A stretch of DNA of 64,000 nucleotides, from the sequence record DRR723986_1723; one strand, 5' to 3'. The translations under genes were made by a program, and so were the position numbers. The notes under the pieces are model-generated. The model did not search any database, had not been told where the DNA came from, and saw only the letters and a program-made list of their open reading frames with translations. This document shows, in pieces, positions 48,564 to 58,524 of this stretch (positions within the stretch are counted from its first letter, which is position 1; each line of letters opens with the position of its first letter).

Positions 48564-49930
48564 CAGCACTGGTCTGGTTTCGCAACGACCTTCGCAGCCT
48601 CGACCACGCCGCTCTCAGCGCCGCGGTGGCAGCCGGCCCCTGCCGGGCCGTCTACTTCCTGTGCCCGGCGCAGCTCGACGAGCACGGCATTGCACCGATA
48701 CGTCGCCACTATTTGCGCCGCGCATTGCAGGCCTTGGCGGAACAGCTCGCCGAATTGGGAATACCCTTCGATATTATCGATGCGGCGCATTTTCGCCATG
48801 TTCCAAAGATGCTGGCGGACTACTGCCAGCAATACGGCATTGCACAAGTATTCGCGCATGAAGAGCTCCTGGTTGATGAAATGCAGCGCGATGCCGCCTG
48901 CAAGCGGGCGCTTTCAATTCCTTTGACGCTGTTTGATGATTGCCTGATTCATCCAAGCCTTGGTACCAAAGACGACGGCAGCGCCTACAAGGTGTTTACG
49001 CCGTATTCGCGCCGTGCCCGCCAGCGCTTGCGCGAGCACTTCCCACGCGTATTGCCGCGCCCCCAAGCGCAAGCGGCCGCTACGGCGACCGCCCGCATTG
49101 AGGCCTTTGGCGAAGAGCGCGACTCCGACCCCTGGCCGGTGACAGAAAAGGCGGTGCTTGATCAACTTCGCGAATTCTGTGCCCAGCGCGCCGTCAAATA
49201 CAGTGACCAGCGCAATTTTCCCGCTGTCGACGGTACCTCGCGCTTATCGGCGGCCTTAGCGCTGGGCGTTATCAGCCCCAGGCAATGCTTGGCGCGCCTG
49301 CAACTGGAGTGCGGCGAGGCCATGTGGGACGCCAAGTCCAGTGCCGGAAACTGGTTTAATGAATTACTGTGGCGCGAGTTTTACCGACAGGTGGCCTTCC
49401 ACTTTCCCCAAGTGGTTAAGGGCCGCGCCTTTCAAGCCGATACCGAAAGACTACGCTGGCGTAACAAGCGCGAACACTTTGCCGCCTGGCAAGCCGGGGA
49501 GACCGGCTACCCGATCGTCGATGCCGGCATGCGTCAGCTCGCCCAGACCGGCTGGATGCACAACCGCTTGCGCATGGTCACCGCGTCGTTCCTGTGCAAA
49601 CACCTCCACATTGACTGGCGCTGGGGTGAGCGGCATTTTCTCGAGCAGCTTATCGACGCCGATTTCGCATCAAATAATGGCGGCTGGCAGTGGGCGGCCT
49701 CCACCGGCACCGATGCCGTGCCTTACTTCCGCATTTTTAACCCCACCACGCAGAGTCAGCGCTTCGACGCCGATGGCGAGTTCATCAAGCAGTTTATTCC
49801 CGAACTGCGCGAGCTCTCCGGCAAGGCGCTGCACCAACCCAAAAATGTCGCCGGCTACCCCCAGGCGATTGTCGACCACAAAGAAAGTCGCGAAACCTGT
49901 TTAGCACTTTTTCAGGAAATTAGAGACTAA
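48560..49930 (+). CDS. phrB: Deoxyribodipyrimidine photolyase (class I CPD)
   Basis: WFRNDLRSLD, TSRLSAAL, GETGYPIVDAGMRQL, WMHNRLRM, NNGGWQW, RIFNP. Confidence 0.95.
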   Translation: MTALVWFRNDLRSLDHAALSAAVAAGPCRAVYFLCPAQLDEHGIAPIRRHYLRRALQALAEQLAELGIPFDIIDAAHFRHVPKMLADYCQQYGIAQVFAHEELLVDEMQRDAACKRALSIPLTLFDDCLIHPSLGTKDDGSAYKVFTPYSRRARQRLREHFPRVLPRPQAQAAATATARIEAFGEERDSDPWPVTEKAVLDQLREFCAQRAVKYSDQRNFPAVDGTSRLSAALALGVISPRQCLARLQLECGEAMWDAKSSAGNWFNELLWREFYRQVAFHFPQVVKGRAFQADTERLRWRNKREHFAAWQAGETGYPIVDAGMRQLAQTGWMHNRLRMVTASFLCKHLHIDWRWGERHFLEQLIDADFASNNGGWQWAASTGTDAVPYFRIFNPTTQSQRFDADGEFIKQFIPELRELSGKALHQPKNVAGYPQAIVDHKESRETCLALFQEIRD

Positions 49931-50034
49931 AGCCCGGCAAGCCCTGTTCAGACTTTAACGCTGGCGCCGTCACAGCGCGGTGTTCTATGCTAGAGAACCA
50001 ACGACGACGCCACCATCGATTACCGGGAGAAGAT

Positions 50035-50613
50035 GTGAAACTACTTCGACACAGTCTATTGATCGTTAGCGCCGCCATGAGCCTGTCGGCAGCCGCCATG
50101 TCCAATGCGCAAACCGTGAGCGAGGCGAAGACCGTCTTCGGCATCAGTGAGTATGTCTATATCGAAGAACTGGGAGTCCGCTACAAAGCCAAAATTGACA
50201 CTGGTGCAGAGAGCGCCTCCATCAACGCCATTAACCCAAAAGTGAAGAAGGGGCGCGGCGACGAGCCCGACATGGTGCACTTCGACTTGGTACTGCCAAG
50301 TGGCGAGCTCAAATCCGTTTCGCAGCCATTGGAGAAACACATCCGTATTATTCGTCGGGCTGGCGACATGGATGAAGACGACAAATACTACCACCGCCGC
50401 CCAGTGCTTGAATTGACCCTGTGTATCGGCGGCACCTCTCGTAAAGTTGAAGTGAACCTGGCCGATCGCCGACAATTTTCAAAGGCCATGCTGGTCGGCT
50501 CTGACCCATTGATAGCCTTCAACGCGATTGTCGACCCCAGCGAAAAATACCTTCAAGACAAAAACGCCTGCGCAAAAAAGGCAAAAAAACTCGATAAGGA
50601 GAGCGCCGAATGA
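50035..50613 (+). CDS. Secreted retropepsin-like protease ('ATP-dependent zinc protease', RimB-like)
   Basis: Start reassigned to GTG 50035. Signal peptide, AKIDTGAESASI, RRPV..LCIG, VNLADR. Confidence 0.8.
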   Translation: MKLLRHSLLIVSAAMSLSAAAMSNAQTVSEAKTVFGISEYVYIEELGVRYKAKIDTGAESASINAINPKVKKGRGDEPDMVHFDLVLPSGELKSVSQPLEKHIRIIRRAGDMDEDDKYYHRRPVLELTLCIGGTSRKVEVNLADRRQFSKAMLVGSDPLIAFNAIVDPSEKYLQDKNACAKKAKKLDKESAE

Positions 50614-52145
50614 AAGGCGTCAAACTGCACGTTAAAGTGCTTGCCGCAGCCTTGCTGTTACTCGGGGCGGCGGCCACGGCCTGGCAGATTTTTGCGTTGA
50701 ACATTCCGGTCAGCGCGGAGACCACCGAGCCAGTCTGGGTTATCGACACCAAAATCAGCTTTAACGCGCGGGAAAAAACGCCAGTGAAGGTGCAGATGTA
50801 TCTGCCACCAAGCTGGAGTAAATTCATCACCCTTGATGAAAGCTTCATCGCTCGCAACTACGGGGTGAACATCGATGAACTAGAACAGAACCGGCGTGCT
50901 GTGTGGTCGGCGCGCCGCGCCGAAGGCCAGCAGCAACTGTTCTACCGGCTGATGCTGACCCAGCGCAGCAATACGCGCCTGTCGAATGAAGAACCCGGCC
51001 CCCAGTTTCGTGAGAGCCCCAATCTCAAAGGTGTTGAAAAAGTGGCCGTTGAGGCCCTGCTAAAACCCATTCGCGAACATTCCGCCGATATTGAAACCTT
51101 TATTCGCGAAGCCATTAAGCTGATTAATGACAGCAGCAACGACAATGCGCGGCTGTTGCTGCGCAACGACTATTCTCAGCTGAGCAAGTCCCGCGTACTT
51201 GAGCTGTTGCTGTCTTCGGCCCACATTCCCGTTGAGCAGGTACATACCCTGCGCCTGTTGAGCAGCGGCACCCAACAGCCCGAGCTGTGGATGCGCAGCT
51301 ACAATGGCCAGCGCTGGCTGTACTTCAATACCGAAACCGGCGTCTTTGGCCTGCCCGATGACCGCATTGTGTGGTGGACGGGACGCGACCCACTGGTGAA
51401 AGTAGATGGCGGCCGACAGGTTAAGGTGGAAATCAATTCAACCCGACAAACCATGAACTCCATCATGCTGGCGCAAAGCATTAATGAAAGCCGCCAGGAA
51501 AACAGCTGGGCGCTGTCGATGTACAGCCTGCCACTGCAGTCTCAGCAGACCTTTGAAATTATTCTGATGATTCCCATTGGAGTGATGTTGATCCTGTTCC
51601 TGCGCAACATTGTCGGCATTGAAACACTGGGCACCTTCACCCCCGTGTTAATCGGCTTGGCCTTCAGGGAAACGCAGGTGGTGTGGGGCATCATCCTCTT
51701 CACCACCATTTCCGCCCTCGGCCTGGGACTGCGCTCCTACTTGGAGCACTTGCACCTGCAGTTACTGTCGCGGCTTTCGGTTGTGCTGACCTTCGTCGTC
51801 ATTGTGATGGCGCTGATCAGTGTGCTCGGCCACCAGCTGGGGCTCGACCGCGGCCTGTCGATTGCGCTGTTCCCAATGGTGATCCTGACCATGTCGATAG
51901 AGCGACTGTCGATCGTCTGGGAGGAGCGGGGCGGACTGCACAGTCTAAAAGTGGGCATCGGCACCCTGATAGCGGCTACGCTGGCCCACTTGATGATGAG
52001 CTACGCACCGTGGATTTATTTCGTGTTTACCTTCCCCGGCGTGTTATTGATGCTAATGGCGATTATGCTGGCCATGGGCCACTACCGAGGCTATCGCATC
52101 AGCGAGTTATTCCGCTTTAAAGCAATGCTTAAGGACGGCCAATGA
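50610..52145 (+). CDS. Inactive transglutaminase fused to 7-TM domain
   Basis: N-terminal TM, periplasmic domain, C-terminal TMs with GIETLGTFTPVLI, LFPMVILTMSIERLS, GHYRGYRISELFRF. Confidence 0.85.
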   Translation: MKGVKLHVKVLAAALLLLGAAATAWQIFALNIPVSAETTEPVWVIDTKISFNAREKTPVKVQMYLPPSWSKFITLDESFIARNYGVNIDELEQNRRAVWSARRAEGQQQLFYRLMLTQRSNTRLSNEEPGPQFRESPNLKGVEKVAVEALLKPIREHSADIETFIREAIKLINDSSNDNARLLLRNDYSQLSKSRVLELLLSSAHIPVEQVHTLRLLSSGTQQPELWMRSYNGQRWLYFNTETGVFGLPDDRIVWWTGRDPLVKVDGGRQVKVEINSTRQTMNSIMLAQSINESRQENSWALSMYSLPLQSQQTFEIILMIPIGVMLILFLRNIVGIETLGTFTPVLIGLAFRETQVVWGIILFTTISALGLGLRSYLEHLHLQLLSRLSVVLTFVVIVMALISVLGHQLGLDRGLSIALFPMVILTMSIERLSIVWEERGGLHSLKVGIGTLIAATLAHLMMSYAPWIYFVFTFPGVLLMLMAIMLAMGHYRGYRISELFRFKAMLKDGQ

Positions 52146-53281
52146 CCTCGCTATTCAAAACCTGGAAGACCCTTCGCGAGAAGGGGATTATGGGCATCAA
52201 CGAGCGCAACTCAGACTATGTGTTGCGCTATAACGCTCGCCACCTTTACCCCTTGGTTGACGACAAAATTCTCACCAAGCAAAAGGCGATAGACAACGGC
52301 ATTCATGTGCCGCCCATGTACGGCATTATTGATTCCGAGAAACAAATTAGTCGGATTCGCGACATTATCGGCAGCCACCGTGACTTCGTCATCAAGCCGT
52401 CTCAGGGTGCTGGCGGCGATGGCATTATGGTGATCGCCGATCAATTCGAGGGCTATTACCGCAGCGCCGGGGGCCGCTTACTCAGCCTTGAGGATATTGA
52501 ATTCCACCTGTCGGGCATACTCTCGGGAATCTATTCCCTCGGGGGTCATCGCGATCGCGCGCTAATCGAGTACCGCGTGATCCCCGACCCTATCTTCAGT
52601 GCCATCAGCTACGAGGGCGTGCCCGATATTCGCATAATCGTGCTCAAAGGCTATCCCGTCCTGGCAATGCTGCGCCTGCCCACCCGCCAGTCTGGCGGCA
52701 AGGCCAACCTCCACCAAGGCGCCATTGGCGTCGGCGTTGATCTGGCCACCGGCATCACCCTCGACGGCACCTGGCTGAACAAAAAGATTCAAACCCACCC
52801 CGACACCACCAACCCCGTTCGCGGTGTTGAACTGCCGTTTTGGGAGGGCTTTATTTCCCTGGCAACGCGCTGCTATGAGCTGACCGGCCTGGGTTATATC
52901 GGAGTTGATATGGTGCTGGACAAGGATCTGGGCCCTATGATGTTAGAGCTCAATGCGCGGCCGGGGCTCAACATTCAAATCGCCAACGACACCGGCCTGT
53001 CGGCGCGCTGCCAAGCCGTCGAGGCCGAGATAGAGCGCTTGGCTAAACAAGGGCTGCACAACCCGCCGCCAGAACAGCGCCTTGCGTTCTGCCAGAGCAC
53101 CTTTGCCAACGCACAGTGCGCTGCCCTAGCGAAAGAACTCGCCGAGCAACGCGCCGCACAAGAGGCGGCCGATGAAGAAGCGGCCATCCATGCAGCAAGC
53201 AAACCGGGCGCAGACGACCCCTCGGTCGATGCCGGCATTCGGGTGCCCCAGTCAGGCAATCCACCGCCGGCCCGACAGTAG
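52142..53281 (+). CDS. Alpha-L-glutamate ligase-like (RimK-related) ATP-grasp protein
   Basis: LYPLVDDK, FVIKPSQGAGGDG, GVPDIRI, GKANLHQG, LELNARPGLNIQIAN. Confidence 0.88.
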   Translation: MTSLFKTWKTLREKGIMGINERNSDYVLRYNARHLYPLVDDKILTKQKAIDNGIHVPPMYGIIDSEKQISRIRDIIGSHRDFVIKPSQGAGGDGIMVIADQFEGYYRSAGGRLLSLEDIEFHLSGILSGIYSLGGHRDRALIEYRVIPDPIFSAISYEGVPDIRIIVLKGYPVLAMLRLPTRQSGGKANLHQGAIGVGVDLATGITLDGTWLNKKIQTHPDTTNPVRGVELPFWEGFISLATRCYELTGLGYIGVDMVLDKDLGPMMLELNARPGLNIQIANDTGLSARCQAVEAEIERLAKQGLHNPPPEQRLAFCQSTFANAQCAALAKELAEQRAAQEAADEEAAIHAASKPGADDPSVDAGIRVPQSGNPPPARQ

Positions 53282-53294
53282 CGGCCATCGGCCC

Positions 53295-54443
53295 CTATGC
53301 AACCGCCTGCTCCAGAATCTCGCGGCTTTCCTTTGGCGTTATCGCGCGATTTTCACCCAGCTTGACCATGCCGTGCGCTTCCAGCTGCGCAACAATTGCA
53401 TCGATCGCAGCCGCTTTGTCAGCGCCGTGCTCAGTGAGCTGCGTGGCAACCCCCAGACTGTGATAAAAGTGCTCAATCGCGTCGATACAGCGTTCAGCGA
53501 GATCTTCAGAATCTGCCAAGCCAAAGACATTGCGCGCCATTTGCTCCAGTTTGTCGCGCTTGACGGCAATTTGATGGCGCAACAATGAGGGTTGAACAAT
53601 GGCCAGGGAACGACCGTGATCCACCCCATAGAGGGCGGTGAGTTCGTGGCCGATCATATGGGTAGCCCAGTCCTGCGGCACACCGCTGCCAATAAAACCG
53701 TTCAACGCCTGGTTGGCAGCCAGCATCAAGTTCGCTCGCCAACTGTCAGCATCGCGCTCGGCGTACTGCTCGCCCAGGGTTTTAAGCGTTCTGAGCAAGG
53801 CTTCCGCGTAGCCTTCCTGAACCATTGCCTCCGTGGGCAGGGTCAGATATTGCTCACACGTATGTACCCAGGCATCGACCAGGCCATTGGCAAGCTGGCG
53901 CTCGGGGAGCGTCTTCATCACGTCTGGGTCGAGCACGGCAAAGCCGGGTTGAACCGCTGGCGACATAAAATTCAACTTATCGCGGGTTGCCTTTTTCGTA
54001 ATCACCGAGCCACCGTTAGACTCTGAGCCCGTCGCGGGCAGGGTCAGCACGGCGCCAATCGGCAGCGCTTGTTTTACCCGGTGTTTGCCCAGCAAGATAT
54101 CCCAGCCCTCGCCGTCATACAGCGCGGCGGCGGCAACATATTTAGCGCCGTCAATAACCGAGCCTCCACCGACCGCCAGAATATAATCCAGACCACTGTC
54201 TTTTACTTGAGCTACCGCTTTGTCCAGGGTCTCAACCGTCGGGTTGGGTTCGACCCCGGCGAACTCCTGCCACTGATGCTCGGCTAAGGCGCTAACCACC
54301 TGCTCATACACACCGTTGGTCTTTATCGAGCCACCACCATAGAGCAGTAAAACCTTGCGATCAGCGGGAATAGCGTCGGCGATACGGGCAATCTGGCCCT
54401 GACCAAAATGAATTTGAGTTGGGTTCACAAACGAAAATTTCAT
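53295..54443 (-). CDS. yqhD: NADPH-dependent aldehyde reductase (iron-containing ADH family)
   Basis: Start ATG 54443 (MKFSFVNPTQIHFG); GVEPNP, GGGSVID, TLPATGSE, DWATHMIGHE. Confidence 0.9.
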   Translation of the reverse strand: MKFSFVNPTQIHFGQGQIARIADAIPADRKVLLLYGGGSIKTNGVYEQVVSALAEHQWQEFAGVEPNPTVETLDKAVAQVKDSGLDYILAVGGGSVIDGAKYVAAAALYDGEGWDILLGKHRVKQALPIGAVLTLPATGSESNGGSVITKKATRDKLNFMSPAVQPGFAVLDPDVMKTLPERQLANGLVDAWVHTCEQYLTLPTEAMVQEGYAEALLRTLKTLGEQYAERDADSWRANLMLAANQALNGFIGSGVPQDWATHMIGHELTALYGVDHGRSLAIVQPSLLRHQIAVKRDKLEQMARNVFGLADSEDLAERCIDAIEHFYHSLGVATQLTEHGADKAAAIDAIVAQLEAHGMVKLGENRAITPKESREILEQAVA

Positions 54444-54599
54444 ACTAAACCTCATTGCTAACACAGGGAGTCGCGCCAACAGCAGCGCCACCATGTGATG
54501 TACAATACGAGCTATTAATGGGAATAAAAACCGCAATTACTGGATTTTATTTGCCTATTCCTGCCAAAATACAAAAAACACCTCACAAACAATAATTCT

Positions 54600-55487
54600 A
54601 TGAATACGATTAGTGAGCTGCTTCAGCGCTATATCAGCAGCCAATCGCTGGATACATTGGAAGGCAGCCGTAGCACGATAATTCCCGGTGTTCACATCTA
54701 CCGGGCAAGCCGCGGCAGCGCCCGCCAGCCCTTTGTGTATCAGTCTGGCATTATCGTGATGGCCCAGGGCCGCAAACGCATTTATCTCAACGGCCAGCAA
54801 GTAGACTACGGCCCCGGCCGCTACCTAGTGCAAGGTGTACCGCTGCCACTCGAGTGCGAAGCACATAGCGACGGCAACTTACCCTTGCTGGGCATATCCA
54901 TCAGCATTAATCCCGCATTGCTCCAGGAGCTCATTGACGCCACACCCAGCCTCGGCCAAAAGCGCGGCGATAGTGGCGACTGCGGCCTAAGCTCCGACCG
55001 CTTGAGCCCGAATATGAGCGACACGCTCAAACGCTTGCTCGAGGCCCTGCTTAGCCCTCAGGACGCACAGATTCTGGGGCCGGCAATTGTTCGAGAGTTT
55101 ATCTACCGAATACTGATTGGCCCGAAGGGGCATGTACTCACCGAGCTTGCTCAACACGATGGCCACTACGCACGCGTAGCGCGGGTATTGGTGCATATGC
55201 ACCGGCATTATGCCGAAGACCTGAATGTCGATGCCCTGTCTGACTATGCGGGAATGAGTCCCTCGAGTTTTCATCGCGCCTTTCGCCAGGTGACCCGAGA
55301 AACACCCCTGCAATACTTAAAGAAACTGCGCCTGAGCAAGGCGAAAGAACTAATGGCCAACGAGGGACGGCGCGCAAATGAAGCCGCAATACTGGTCGGC
55401 TACCGCAGCCCCTCGCAATTCAGCCGCGAATTCAAACGCCACTTTCAGCAGGCACCGGCGCGTATGCTCAGCCAACGTTCGGCTTAG
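54600..55487 (+). CDS. YqhC-like AraC-family regulator
   Basis: AraC_N domain (QGRKRIYL, VPLPLECE), PLQYLKKLRL, SPSQFSREFKR; divergent from yqhD. Confidence 0.88.
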   Translation: MNTISELLQRYISSQSLDTLEGSRSTIIPGVHIYRASRGSARQPFVYQSGIIVMAQGRKRIYLNGQQVDYGPGRYLVQGVPLPLECEAHSDGNLPLLGISISINPALLQELIDATPSLGQKRGDSGDCGLSSDRLSPNMSDTLKRLLEALLSPQDAQILGPAIVREFIYRILIGPKGHVLTELAQHDGHYARVARVLVHMHRHYAEDLNVDALSDYAGMSPSSFHRAFRQVTRETPLQYLKKLRLSKAKELMANEGRRANEAAILVGYRSPSQFSREFKRHFQQAPARMLSQRSA

Positions 55488-55496
55488 CGATACCCG

Positions 55497-56414
55497 CTAT
55501 TGAGGGCGCAGCCCGGTTTTTTCGACGCGCTGTGATTTACTGAATATCACCAGTGCCAAGCCACCAATAATTGCCGCCGACACCAGCAAAAAGTGCAGGG
55601 TGAAAGGCTCGGCAAGTAGCAAAATACCGCCAAGTGCCGTCATTAGTGGCACGCTCAGCTGCACACTTGCCGCCGTTGTCGCCCGGAGCGCCGGCAGTGC
55701 GGAATACCATACGATATAGCCCAGCGCCGAAGCGCCCGCGCCGGATAGCAGGGCGTATACAACACCCTCTGCGCCTAACCGGGGCGGCTCGACGGCCCAC
55801 ATCGCCAGGCTAAGAAGCGCGGCAAAAGGCAGGGAGTAGAGGAAGTTGTGCGCAGAGATCACGCGGGGATCGCCCACCCTTCGCCCCAGCAAAGAGTAGA
55901 CTCCCCACGCCGCGCCCGAGATCAACATAATGAGGCACGCCAGCAGCGAGGGGGCGCCCTCTAATGCGCCCGTGGCACTGGGCAGCATGAGTGCCAACAG
56001 GCCACCGTAGGCAAGGAGCAGACCCAGCCATTGCAAGCCGTTAAAGCGCTCCCCGCGGTAGAAGCCGTAGCCGATCATCACCGTTTGCACCGCGGCAAAT
56101 AGAATCAGGGCACCCGCGCCAGCGGATACTCGAGCGTAGGCATAGGAAAACGCGGCGGCATACGCAAACAATACAAAACCGGAGATAACGCGCGCGGATA
56201 CCGGGGGAGAGACGTCGCGATGGGGAATGTTGCGTACCGCAATAATCGCCCACAACATAGCGGCTCCCGACAGCAGGCGCAGCGCTGTAAAACTGGCCGC
56301 ATCTATCGTGCCGCCCAACAGCGCTGCACGACAAATCAGCGCATTGCCGGTGAAGGCCAACATCGACAGGGCGGTGAAAACAGCGATACGAAGTGGCGAC
56401 ATAAAACGGTCCAC
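55497..56414 (-). CDS. DMT/EamA-family transporter
   Basis: About 10 TMs; IDAASFTALRLLSGA, AASVQLSVP. Confidence 0.85.
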   Translation of the reverse strand: MDRFMSPLRIAVFTALSMLAFTGNALICRAALLGGTIDAASFTALRLLSGAAMLWAIIAVRNIPHRDVSPPVSARVISGFVLFAYAAAFSYAYARVSAGAGALILFAAVQTVMIGYGFYRGERFNGLQWLGLLLAYGGLLALMLPSATGALEGAPSLLACLIMLISGAAWGVYSLLGRRVGDPRVISAHNFLYSLPFAALLSLAMWAVEPPRLGAEGVVYALLSGAGASALGYIVWYSALPALRATTAASVQLSVPLMTALGGILLLAEPFTLHFLLVSAAIIGGLALVIFSKSQRVEKTGLRPQ

Positions 56415-56546
56415 AAAGCGCGGGAAAGAAAGAGTATGAAGGGGCGTTTCGCTGATGCATAGGCGACTTTAGTCGCCACATAGCCGCGTCGCTAAGCCAG
56501 CGCGACTGGGCCGCGCTGGCGGGGTCAAACTAACTGGCGGAAGCGC

Positions 56547-57260
56547 TTAGCGGGCGGCGCGCTCTTGCTCAATAAGCTGCTCAGCCACCTTCAACATATT
56601 GGCTTTGCTGCCTGCTGCGCGGCCAGTAACCCGGTATTTGCCATTGACGATCAGCTCCGGGGTACCCGCAATACCGTAGCTACGCGCACGGGAATCGGCT
56701 TGCCGTACCTGGCTCTTCACACCAAAGGAATCAAAGGTTTTACGAAAGGTCTCGGCATCAATATTGCTGTGCTCAAGAAACAGTTTTTCAATCGCATCGC
56801 GATTTCGCAGCGGGTTTTTCTTGAGGTTGATCTCGTCAAACAGCGGCTCGTGCACCTGGTCGAGAATGTTCAGCGCTTTGGCGGTGTAAAAGGCCTGAGC
56901 GTGCAGCACCATTAAGTCGTTCCACATTGCCGGTGACTGCACAAACGCCACATCCTCAGGCAACTGTTTCGCCCACGCGCTCACCATAGGCTCGAAGTCA
57001 AAACAGTGGCTACAGCCGTACCAAAAAACTTCCACGACTTCGATTTTATTCGCATCGGATGTGCGCACCGGCTGGGCAATACGGACAAAGCCTTCGCCGT
57101 TAACCGCTGTGGCTGGTGGCGCGGTGCGCGTTTCAGCGGTCGTTTTAGCAGCAACCTGGGCGGTCTGCCCACCTGTCGCATCACCATTGCTACAGGCCGA
57201 TACCAACAGCGCCATCAGGCCAAACAGATACATTGAGATGTGTTTCTTCATCATTCCCAT
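56547..57260 (-). CDS. dsbA: Thiol:disulfide interchange protein DsbA (lipoprotein-type N-terminus)
   Basis: EVFWYGCSHCFDF CxxC, GTP cis-Pro loop, VSAC lipobox. Confidence 0.88.
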   Translation of the reverse strand: MGMMKKHISMYLFGLMALLVSACSNGDATGGQTAQVAAKTTAETRTAPPATAVNGEGFVRIAQPVRTSDANKIEVVEVFWYGCSHCFDFEPMVSAWAKQLPEDVAFVQSPAMWNDLMVLHAQAFYTAKALNILDQVHEPLFDEINLKKNPLRNRDAIEKLFLEHSNIDAETFRKTFDSFGVKSQVRQADSRARSYGIAGTPELIVNGKYRVTGRAAGSKANMLKVAEQLIEQERAAR

Positions 57261-57356
57261 CCTAGTTACTTATGCGAGTCGAGTGCGCGATGCCGATAGA
57301 GTGTATCAGACACGCCGACGGCTGTGCGGTTCCTACAGCTCAACAATTCAACGGCG

Positions 57357-57384
57357 AAAAAAAAGGCGGCTATTGCCGCCTTTC
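57357..57384 (-). terminator. Intrinsic terminator after cytochrome c4
   Basis: The minus strand reads aaaggcggc-aata-gccgcc followed by a poly-T tract. Confidence 0.8.
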
Positions 57385-57400
57385 ACAAGCTCTGCACGCC

Positions 57401-58027
57401 TTAGTTATGCAGACCTTGAATGAAGTTTGAGACCGCTTCAATCTCGGCATCGCTCATTTTGAAAGCGATCATGCGCATGGTCTTCGCTTCGCCGTCATTG
57501 TCGCGACCTTCGCGTCCATCCATTGCTGCACGGAAAGCCTTAAGCTGCGCTGCGGTGTAGTCAGCGTATTGGCCGCTCAATTTGGGGAAGCCAGCTGCTG
57601 CCATCCCTGCACCCGTAGGTGAGTGACAAGCAGAGCACGCTGGAATACCGCGCTCGGCAATGCCGCCACGGTAAATCGCTTCGCCTTTCTTAACCAGCGC
57701 CGGATCCGCTTGGCCAACAGAGCCAGTCTGGCTCGCGTAGTAAGCGGCGATATCAGCAATGTCCTGATCGCTCAGGTTGTCGGTCTGGCCGGCCATCATT
57801 GGCACAGGACGCGCACCCGACTTGATGTCATGAATTTGCTTGATCAGGTAGCGCTCACCCTGGCCAGCCAATTTCGGAAAGGTGGGTGCCGGGCTGTTGC
57901 CGTCTTGACCGTGACAGGCGGCGCATGAGGCAGATTTTGACTTGCCGGCAGCAGCGTTACCTTCCACAGCCACCGCAACATTACTCAGCAGCAGGGAAGC
58001 AAGAAAAACTAGCAAAGGTTTGTTCAT
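57401..58027 (-). CDS. Diheme cytochrome c4
   Basis: CAACH and CSACH motifs, signal peptide; dsbA/c4/c5/yihA synteny. Confidence 0.93.
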   Translation of the reverse strand: MNKPLLVFLASLLLSNVAVAVEGNAAAGKSKSASCAACHGQDGNSPAPTFPKLAGQGERYLIKQIHDIKSGARPVPMMAGQTDNLSDQDIADIAAYYASQTGSVGQADPALVKKGEAIYRGGIAERGIPACSACHSPTGAGMAAAGFPKLSGQYADYTAAQLKAFRAAMDGREGRDNDGEAKTMRMIAFKMSDAEIEAVSNFIQGLHN

Positions 58028-58065
58028 GATCACTTACTCTTTAAAAACAGAAGTTCTAGCGCGCC

Positions 58066-58362
58066 TTACTTGGCCGTCGCCATATACTCAATCAGCGCTT
58101 GGAAGTCGGCATCGCTGCAATCAAAGCACAAACCCATTGGCGGCATAGCGTTCAAGCCTTCACGAGCGTGTTTTACGAGCGTTTCCATTCCCTTTTCCAA
58201 ACGCGGAGTCCAGGCGGCAACATCACCAGTTTTCGGCGCGCCATTGGCACCAAAACCGTGACAGGCGTAACACGACTTCTTGTAACGCGCCTCGACATCG
58301 GCGTTGGCACTAGCGGCTACGCTGGTAATGGCAAGAAGTACTGCGAATAAGCATTTTTTCAT
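58066..58362 (-). CDS. Cytochrome c5
   Basis: CYACH, GAPKTGD, MPPMGLCFDC. Confidence 0.9.
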   Translation of the reverse strand: MKKCLFAVLLAITSVAASANADVEARYKKSCYACHGFGANGAPKTGDVAAWTPRLEKGMETLVKHAREGLNAMPPMGLCFDCSDADFQALIEYMATAK

Positions 58363-58524
58363 GGTTTACCCTCTCTTCTGACCGGCGCCCGCGATGAAAG
58401 CTGCGACACGCTGGGTGATGACCCCCAGTAAAAACTGCGGCATTATACACAACAAGCCCGAGTCTGGGCCATTTTTTGGCTCCCCCAGACTTGCTATGCA
58501 CCGCAATACTCCCCCGGATATTTT

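Noticed and set aside
54247-54258. GGTTCGACCCC resembling a tRNA T-loop
   Set aside because: It lies inside yqhD (antisense of the GVEPNP codons) with no cloverleaf.
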